Source of the DNA: Fidelibacterota bacterium
GTDB taxonomy: Bacteria > Fidelibacterota > Marinisomatia > SCGC-AAA003-L08 > JACNLC01
Direction of reading: 5' to 3'
Length of the DNA stretch: 64,000 nt
NCBI GenBank assembly: GCA_018657495.1
Contig: JABHXA010000002.1
Coordinates: forward strand, 5,472-69,471
Of the stretch, positions 18,926 to 27,652 are shown piece after piece. Both the position numbers and the translations under genes were made by a program. A model generated the notes under the pieces. It had not been told where the DNA came from, made no database searches, and saw only the letters and a program-made list of their open reading frames with translations. Positions within the stretch are counted from its first letter, which is position 1. Each line of letters starts with the position of its first letter.

Positions 18926-21900
18926 TTAATTCATATCCAAAGTTTTACGGACTGCTATTGAGAATTCCTGAAATTCAATTGGTTTCCCAATCACTCTTTT
19001 TACTCCGGATTCCTGCAGAATCTCTTTGCTAAGATTACCGCGGTTCCCGGTAATAATTATAATGGGAATCCCCTGATGTGCTTTTTGAATTTCCTGTGAT
19101 AATTCAAGGCCAGTCAGATCAGGCATTGTTAAATCAGTAATTATCATATCATATTTATCCGGTTGCTTATTGAATGCACTCAATGCATCAGGACTGCTAA
19201 AAAATAAATCGACACTATAACCAATACTCTCCAGCATTCGGAGTAACATTCTTCCAACTGTTTTATCATCTTCAACAACTAAAAGATATTCTGTACCAGT
19301 CAATAATGATACTGTCTCAAGTTCTTTAGAATCCAATTCTGATTCGACAATTGGCAGATAAACATGGAATGATGAACCGACACCTGGTATACTGCTAACC
19401 TGTATATCTCCCTGATGGGAACGAATTATTCCATGTACAACTGAAAGTCCCAGACCAGTACCCTTGTCAATCGGCTTTGTGGTGAAAAAAGGTTCAAATA
19501 TATACTCAAGAGTTGTCTCATTCATTCCAATTCCCGTATCAGTAATTGTCAGGCAGGCGTATGGTCCGGGATTTAATTTAGGATTTAGTCTGACATTCTC
19601 TTTATCCAGTACGATCTGCTTTAATTTAATGGTCATCAAACCGCCATTTTTCTCCATGGCCTGCCAGGCATTTGTGCATAAATTCACTATAATTTGATGA
19701 ATCTGAGTTGCATCAGCCATCACATTGCCACAGGTTGGATCAATTTGCTTATTAAATTCTATGGTTGAAGGGAGGGTTGGTCTAAGCAACTTCAATGCCT
19801 CATTTATAAGGGGTTGAAGGCTCAGCGAAAAGCGTTCTTTTTCACTTTGCTTGCTAAACAATAGAATTTGGTTGACTAAATCTCTGGCTCGGTAGGTACC
19901 ATTTATCACTTGTTCCAGATCTTTATATAAAGGGATTTCTACATCCAAGTTAAACATGGCCATTTGTGTGAATCCCATAATTGGTGTAAGGATATTGTTG
20001 AAATCATGGGCGATTCCCCCGGCAAGAGTACCAATCGTCTCCAATTTCTGGGATCTACGAAGCTGAACTTCAAGTTTGGAATTTTCTTTTTCAGCATTCC
20101 TTTGCTCGGTTATATCGTCTGCATATATATATGTATATTCTGCTCCGGTGGAATATGATGCAGAGATTGAGAAAAAATGAGAACCGCAGGGAATTTCTAT
20201 TCTTTTAACTGGCTTTCCGTCCATCCCATCTATTATATCCCCCAAGACTTCAGGTATTGGTGAGCCAACTTGAAGATTCCATTCCTTTAACATAGAAAAT
20301 GCTGGATTGTTGGCGTATAGAAGAATCCTATTTTTATCAATTCTCAATATTGGATTTGGATTTTCTGAAGGGAATTTGGCGAGTGCTTTAATTTCTTCCT
20401 CAGCCTTTTTGAGCATAGTAATATCTCTAATTATACCTTGAAAGCCAATCGCTTCTGCATCAGTACCTATTTTTAGAGAGGCGGTGATTAAACAGTCAAT
20501 AATTTTGCCATCTTTTCTTTTAAGTTGTACTTCATAATCTTTGATGAAACCAAATTTTAGAATATCGTCATTCATAGATTTACGAATTTCCGAGTTGACG
20601 TGAAGAATTTCAACAGGCATAGACAATAACTCTTCCCGAGTATAACCAAATAATTCCACTGCTGAGGGATTAATATCAATAAATGTTCCTCTCCGGGAAG
20701 AGATATAAATTGCATCTCGGGATTCCTCAAAAAGAGTGCGAAGATTTTCCTCGCTCTGCTGCAGGGCGATCTCAGCTAATTTTCGCTCAGTGCTGTCTTC
20801 AATAATTGCCTGCGCACCTGTTACATTACCAAAATCATCATGGATGGGAACAATATTGTAACTCATAAAGGCGGTTTTACCCCATTTCGAGGTATACTCA
20901 GTTTCAGATTGAAAGGCTTTACCAGATCGAATAACTGATTTAAATGCGTCAGAAGCACCTATTATTTGCAGCGGTTTAAAATCAAAAATGTTGATACTCA
21001 TAGTATCATCGAGAGAAGGTGAATTCAAAATTTCAAGCACTTTGGCGTTTACATTTGTCAGATTACCGTTATGATCTACGGAAAGAATGCCCATTGGTGA
21101 AGATTCTACTAATTGACGATACTGTTCTTCGCTTTTTCGAAGTGCTTCTTCATTCTTTTTTCGATCAGTTATATCTACTGCTATGCCTCTAATGCCCAAG
21201 ATTTGGTCATCTCTAATTATTGCAGTTAAATGTAACAGAATTGGAATTATCGAGCCGTCTTTTTTTATGCCATTGTATTCAACTATTTGGATATTCTGAC
21301 CTTTCAGAAGTGTTGATATCCTCCTTTCAGCGATCTCCCGTTCTTCTGGTTGAAGCATTTGAATCGCATTAATTCCACGATCAAAATCTTCGCGTGTGTA
21401 TCCAAAAACTTCGTATGCCCTTCGATTCACATATGTTAAAATCTTTTCTATATTTGTTTCAAAAATTGCTACCGGCAGCATCTCAGTCAATTCTCTATAT
21501 TGCTTTTCACTTTCATGAAGGCGTTCCGATGTATTAACTGCTCTAAATGCTTCGCTGCTATAGGATGTCAGTATTTCTCCTATTTCTCGGTCCTGCTCTG
21601 TAAAAGGTGGTTCAGATTTATTATGAATTGCCAAGATACCAATTGTGATACCAGATTCATCATGAAGAGGGAATACCAGTGAAGATCCATCATTATATCC
21701 ATTCCAACCGCTGGAATCAATTTCGTGATTTTTTGAGATATCGTTAATCAATAATGAAGAATTTGTGCAGATAGCCTGTTGGAAAACTGATCTTTCACTC
21801 AAAGGATGGGGTATGAATTTAGGAGCATGCCCGGGATCAAGAGAGTACACAAGTTTCAGACCATTCTTTCTATTTAAATATAAACTACCGCCGGTAGCAG

Positions 21901-22495
21901 GCATATGTCGTCCAAATTCATCAAGCAATCGGGATCCAAAATCATTAACCTCTGAGCAAAAGGAGAGTGAGCGAATTGTATCAACGATGCTTCTTAACCG
22001 GCTATTGACATGAGACAAATGATTATTTGCCTTTTTTAACTCCTCCTTCTGGTCATCGACTGCATTTTCTAAATATTGCTGATATATTAAATTTTCTTTT
22101 TTCAGACGGGATTTTTCAAGAGCGCTTGTAATGGCATGACTTAATACAGATAAATTTTCAATTGGTTTGAGCAGGTAGTCCCATGCACCCATGTGCAATG
22201 CGTCAACAACGTCACCAATATTTCCTGTACCTGATATAGCAATTAATGGTGTTTCTGGAGACAATTTTGCAATGCTTGATAAAACCTTTAAACCATCTAC
22301 CTCCGGCATTTTAAGATCAACTAATACGAGATCAACTGTATCCTTTTCGAACAACTCAAGACCGATTCTGCCGTTTTCTGCTACCAATGTTTGGTATTCC
22401 ATATCCTCAAGGTAATCGGCAAAACTTTGCAGGATAGCCGCTTCATCATCTATGATTAGTATTCTCGGATTACGATTAGCCTTTAATCTATTCAT
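18926..22495 (-). CDS. Hybrid sensor histidine kinase: REC - GAF - multiple PAS - ENPNP PAS-like module - HisKA - HATPase - REC
   Basis: N-terminal REC (ILIIDDE ... [13 protein letters not shown]). A GAF-like region and several PAS units ending in DITDRK/DITMLK/DITEQR follow. H-box is [15 protein letters not shown], the ATPase G-boxes are DTGIGM and GTGLGLSVV, and the C-terminal REC is LLVVEDD ... [13 protein letters not shown]. Confidence 0.9.
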   Translation of the reverse strand: [1189 protein letters not shown]

Positions 22496-24900
22496 CTATC
22501 GGTTTTGTCAAATGGTAATCTTATTACGAAATTTGCTCCTTTATCCGGATTGGAAATAACAGTCATCTTTCCACCAAAATTTTCTGTAATAATATAAAAT
22601 GATACGCTAAGACCTAGACCAGTTCCAACCCCTGCTGATTTTGTTGTAAAAAAAGGTTCAAAAACTTGTTTGCGAATATCCTCTGTCATACCCGGTCCAT
22701 TGTCTTCAATCTCGATTCGAATGAAATTTTGTTTTGTTTCAGTTTGAATACGTATTTTAAAAATTGGATTTTTCTGTTTCATATCATGCATTGCTTCTGC
22801 TCCATTTCGCAAAATATTTAGCAATACTTGCTGAATCATAGCATCATCACCCACCATTAAAGGTAGATTCTTTTCATATTCTTTAATAATAGTTATAATT
22901 TTAAAATCGAATTGTTTTTTCAAATCGTAGTCGGTTGCAGCAAGTTTGAGAGTACTATTTATGACATTCTCAATGTCAAACGTATTTTTAATATGTTCGC
23001 TTTTTCTGGCAAAGTTTAACATATTGTGGACAATGTCAGCGACACGTTTGCCTAACTGGTGAATAGTTGATAACATTCTCGGCACCTCGCGGTCATCCAT
23101 GTACGAGGCAATTGCTTCCAGCGATACTCCGGAAGAATCGGCAGCTTTTTTATTGGCAGGCAATGATAAATTAATGAGACGATTATTCATGACATCAGCA
23201 GTTTGGAGGATCCCTGCAATGGGATTATTTATCTCGTGGGCCATTCCCGCAGCTAAACCTCCGACCAAGAGCATTTTTTCACTCTGGATCATCATTTCAT
23301 CTAACATCACTCTCTCAGTTACATCGTCAACGCGGATAACTGCCCCTCTCATCCCATTTGCAGTAAGCGGATATATGGTTATGTCTTCATAACGAGTTTC
23401 ATTGTTAACCCGACGCTTTCTCCTTGAATCTGTTTGGACCTTTTGGGTTTGCATTGCCCGGTGCAGTTTTGTTAATTCTTTGGAAAAATGTGGCAGAACT
23501 TTCTTCAGTGGTTTACCGATCGCTTTTTCAACAGTTATTCCCGTTTTCTGATAAGCCTCATGATTCCATTGAGTAATCACACAATCAATATCCACGCCTA
23601 TTAGCACCGAAGGCATTGAATCTATAATGTTTGAAAGGTAGTTACGTAATTGATGCAATTCCTGTTCGGCCAGTTTACGATGGGTAATATCATTATATAA
23701 TCCAAGTACACCATACACGTCACCAGAGGTATTTTTAAGTGGAATTTTTGAGGTCTTCAACCAAATAGTTTTACCTTCAGGTGTCGTCTGAGGTTCCTCA
23801 TAATTTATCTTGGCTTGGTTGCTTTCTATCACTAATTTATCATCTTGGCGGTACATATCAGCCTCATCAAACCAAGCCATATTGTAATCATCATTACCAA
23901 TTATTTCATCAGGGTTTTTTTTTCCTGCATCCTCGGCAAATAATTGATTGCAACCAAGAAATACACTATTTAAATCTTTCCAGAATACTCGCACTGGAAT
24001 GTTATCTAAAACATCACCCAGCATTCGTTTTGATTCAATCAAATCTAATTCAATCTTTTTACGATCGGAAATATCTAGGCAGAATGCCATGAAACGGTTA
24101 TTTGAAAGTGATGAAGCACTTATTGATACATAAATCTCTGTTTTATCTTTTAAGGTAAGAATAGATTCGCCCTTCGACTTTCCTTTATCCTGAAGTCTCT
24201 GAAAAGAATTGAGTGATTTAGAGAGAGATTCAGGTTTGACTAAATCAGAAATGGACATATTTAATAATTCATCTCTAGAATATAATGTCATCTTGCACGC
24301 AGTTTCATTTACATCGATGTATTTTCCATTTGAATCAGCAACAAATATTCCTTCTGGTGCATTCTCGAAATAGGTGCGATTTTTATTTTCACTTTCTAGC
24401 AATGCAGATTCGGCGAGCTTTCGTTTTGTAATATTTCTTACAACTGCCTGTATAAAGGATCCAGATGAAAGTTTAACAAGGTTTAGACTTACTTCAGCGT
24501 CAAATAGTGAACCATTAAGTTGTTTGTGTTTCCATTCAAATATTTGTGGTTTCCCATCCAAAACTGCCGAGATTTTCTCAACAGCTTTTTCATTAGAAGT
24601 TCTGCCATCTGGCTGAAGTAAAGGGGAGAATTTAATGGGCGAATGGCCAATAATTTCATCCCTTTTACATCCGAACATCATTAAGGTTTGAGTATTGCAG
24701 TCAATAAATAAATCACCCTTCATCAAAAAAATGGCGTCGTTTGCAGATTCAAAAAGGGTATGATATTTAATCTCAGATTCTTGCAGTTTTGATTCTACAT
24801 AATCAGTAATTGTGTCTGGAAAATTATATTTTTCAAGTTGTTTTCTCAGTATTTGCAACTCATTTATCAGTTCAGATTTGGTTTTTGAATGATCGTTCAT
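22492..24900 (-). CDS. Cytoplasmic multi-PAS sensor histidine kinase (HEINNP-type H-box)
   Basis: No TM segment. There are four PAS-like units (NITKRK, DISDRK, DITHRK, DDVTERV). H-box is [15 protein letters not shown] and the ATPase motifs are EDNGPGM and GTGLGLSVS. It has ATGA overlaps with both neighbouring kinase genes. Confidence 0.9.
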
Positions 24901-26804
24901 GAATTTTCTCTTAATATTGGAAGTCTTATTGAAAAATTAGCTCCTTTTCCAGGGGAGGAACTGACGGTCAACTCACCACAATGATTTTTAGTAATTATAA
25001 AATATGAGACACTCAAACCGAGACCGGTGCCGACTCCTACAGGTTTTGTTGTAAAAAATGGTTCAAATACCTGTTTGCGTGTTTTTCTGTCCATTCCGGG
25101 ACCATTATCTATTATTTCGATTAAAATAAGATTTTTCTTTTTCTTGATGGACGTCCTGATTATAAATGTTGGATCTTTGATACCGGCATCCTGCATTGCC
25201 TCAGCGCCATTACGAAGTATATTCAATAGTACTTGCTGAATCATGGTTGCTTCACATGGTACAGCTGGCAGGTTCTTTTCATATTCACGGATGAGCTTTA
25301 TGGTCTTAAAATCGTAATGTTTTTTCAAGTCATAATCTGTGGCGGCGAGTTCAATAGTTTTATCCAGTAGTATTTCAATATCAGATTTTGATATATAATC
25401 TCCAGTATTTCGTGCAAAACTGAGCATGTTATTCACAATAGCTGCAACTCTTTTCCCGGAATCATTAATTGTATTCAGCATGCGTGGTACTTCCCTGGCT
25501 TCCATATATTTATTTATTACTGTTAGGGATGTACCAACAGCCTCGGCAGATGCTATATTGGCTTTTATATTGAGATTATCAACTAGACGACTATTCAACA
25601 CTTTCGCAGTCTGCATCAAACCCGCCAGTGGATTATTGATTTCATGGGCCATACCAGCAGCAAGACCACCTACAGAAAGCATTTTCTCACTTTGGATCAT
25701 CATGTCCTCCATATGCACCCTGTCAGTCACATCATCAATCCGGATGACCGCACCCTGGATGTCATTCCCAATAAGGGGATAGATGGTGACATCCTCAAAA
25801 TAGGTAGAATGGTTTACTTTATACTGTTGCTTGTGATTAATCAGAATTTCCCGACTTTCCATCGCTAATTTAATGCGGTTTGTTTCGCTGGCAAGGCGGG
25901 GGATTGCTTCGGACAAGTGTTGACCAATTGCTACTTTCTTTTTGATTCCACTTTTATCAACTGCCTCTTTATTCCATTGCGTGATTACGCAATCTGTATC
26001 AACACCGACTAAAATTGATGGCATTGAGTCAATAATATTGGAAAAATAGTTTTGCAGTTTATGCAGTTCATTCTGTTTGATTTGAATCTGATCAAGCATA
26101 ATGTTGAATCCATCGAATAAGATACCTATTTCGTCGGTACCTTTTTTATGCATTCGAATTGAATAATCTTGATCTTCAGAAATCTTTTTTGTTACTTTAG
26201 CCAGCTTCAGTATGGGCTTGGAAATAGTGAGCTGTAGTAATCTGGCTATAAAATATGCTATGATTAAAAGAACGGCTGTCAAAAGCAACATGAAAAGTAA
26301 GTGTTTGAGAACCTTCTCTTCCAGTTCCTGGGTCGAACCTCTCAAATATAATGTTCCATATTGTTTATTTTCAAAATCAATAGAGTAAAAAGCGTGGATG
26401 AAATCACCCCAGAAACCGACTTGATTTTCATGAATTGGAGGTGGCGCCATAATGTCGTTGTCATATTTATGAAATTCAGCAAAAACAGTACTGTCCTTCT
26501 CATATATAAAAGCATCAAAAATAAATGGATTTGCTTTGAGGTTTTCTAATACCCTGATGGCCTCATCTTGATGTTTAAATTCTAGGCTTGATACACAGTA
26601 CTGACTTATTAAATGAGCATTTATCTGCATATTGCTTTCCAATTCATCTCGAAAGGTTCGAATGTCATAATAGGTAAATAAAGATAAGCCGGTGATAACC
26701 ACAGCTGAACAAGTGAAAACAATAATTAAGATTAATTTGTTCTTTATAGAAATATTATTTAGAAATTGCTTTATATAGAGGAGTGGATGTGGCATCGATT
26801 GCAA
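24897..26804 (-). CDS. Membrane sensor histidine kinase: extracytoplasmic sensor - TM - HAMP - PAS - HisKA - HATPase
   Basis: Two TM segments ([39 protein letters not shown]) flank a ~130-aa loop. A HAMP-like region contains [14 protein letters not shown]. H-box is [15 protein letters not shown] and the ATPase motifs are IDNGPGM and GTGLGLSVS. Confidence 0.9.
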   Translation of the reverse strand: [635 protein letters not shown]

Positions 26805-27003
26805 TAGATTAAATTAAGTAAGTAATTTTGTTGTTTGAGTGGATGGCGGCACATTGACTTGATCTAAGATGAATAATATTACAATCTGTAAATATTTTGT
26901 GTAGGATTCCATTGGTCGTATTTTTTTTTGTTTTGCATTGGTTGCGATCAAACAGGAGATTAGAAAAATGATTTTTTCTTATATTATATCGAATAATTCA
27001 AAA

Positions 27004-27435
27004 TTATTTGTCAACCACATTTTTACTCTTAGAGATTAGTTGGATGATATGGTCGAGATCTTCTTCTAACGCCATCATATCAGTAACTGGCTTACGGAAT
27101 ATTCGATTTGAGACATGACGATCATTGCGAAAATCATCAGGGAGTTGATATTCAGGAGAGCCGGTACATATAGCAAATGCGGTATCAAGATTTTGTCTTA
27201 GAGCTTTTCTTATAAAAGCATCACCATCCATACCCCCCAAACGGATATCGACTATTGCGGCATCAGGCGGATTGGTTTTGAGAATTGACAATGCCATTTC
27301 ACCACTGTTTGCCTGTATTGTCTTCCATTCCAGGTCATCAAAAAAGTCGCTAAAGCTATGCCTGATGGAAATTTCATCATCTAATATAAGAATTGTTTTT
27401 ATTGAATCATTCACGATGTATATCCTCCTGAACAT
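27004..27435 (-). CDS. Stand-alone response regulator receiver (CheY-like)
   Basis: ILILDDE, AAIVDIRLGGMDG (phospho-acceptor Asp) and IFRKPV (conserved Lys). The start is ambiguous among three candidates. The ORF track uses ATG 27468. ATG 27435 is annotated here. GTG 27414 is preceded by AGGAGG at 9-nt spacing. Confidence 0.8.
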   Translation of the reverse strand: MFRRIYIVNDSIKTILILDDEISIRHSFSDFFDDLEWKTIQANSGEMALSILKTNPPDAAIVDIRLGGMDGDAFIRKALRQNLDTAFAICTGSPEYQLPDDFRNDRHVSNRIFRKPVTDMMALEEDLDHIIQLISKSKNVVDK

Positions 27436-27652
27436 TGAGACGATACCATAACTTACATTGAACTGCAAGAGTCAGGATAGCCTCCTAGAACGAAATTAGA
27501 AATGGTTTTGTAATATTGAAACAACAATGGAAATTACCTTCAATGATTTTCAATCCAGGTTGCCACCGTCAGGCTGACCTGAATTAAATGTGATCCTAAA
27601 AAATGTTTAAGAACTTATGATAATAATATCAATAATTATGGATAAATCAATA

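Noticed and set aside
26931-26939. A T9 homopolymer about 130 nt upstream of the first kinase of the three-kinase operon; a possible phase-variable promoter spacer.
   Set aside because: Homopolymers of this length are common in AT-rich intergenic DNA. No -35/-10 elements could be placed around it with confidence.
27556-27581. A hairpin candidate (CAGGT ... ACCTG) between the solute-binding kinase and the receiver gene; a possible terminator.
   Set aside because: The stem is only 5 bp, the loop is 16 nt, and no U-tract follows on the transcribed (minus) strand.
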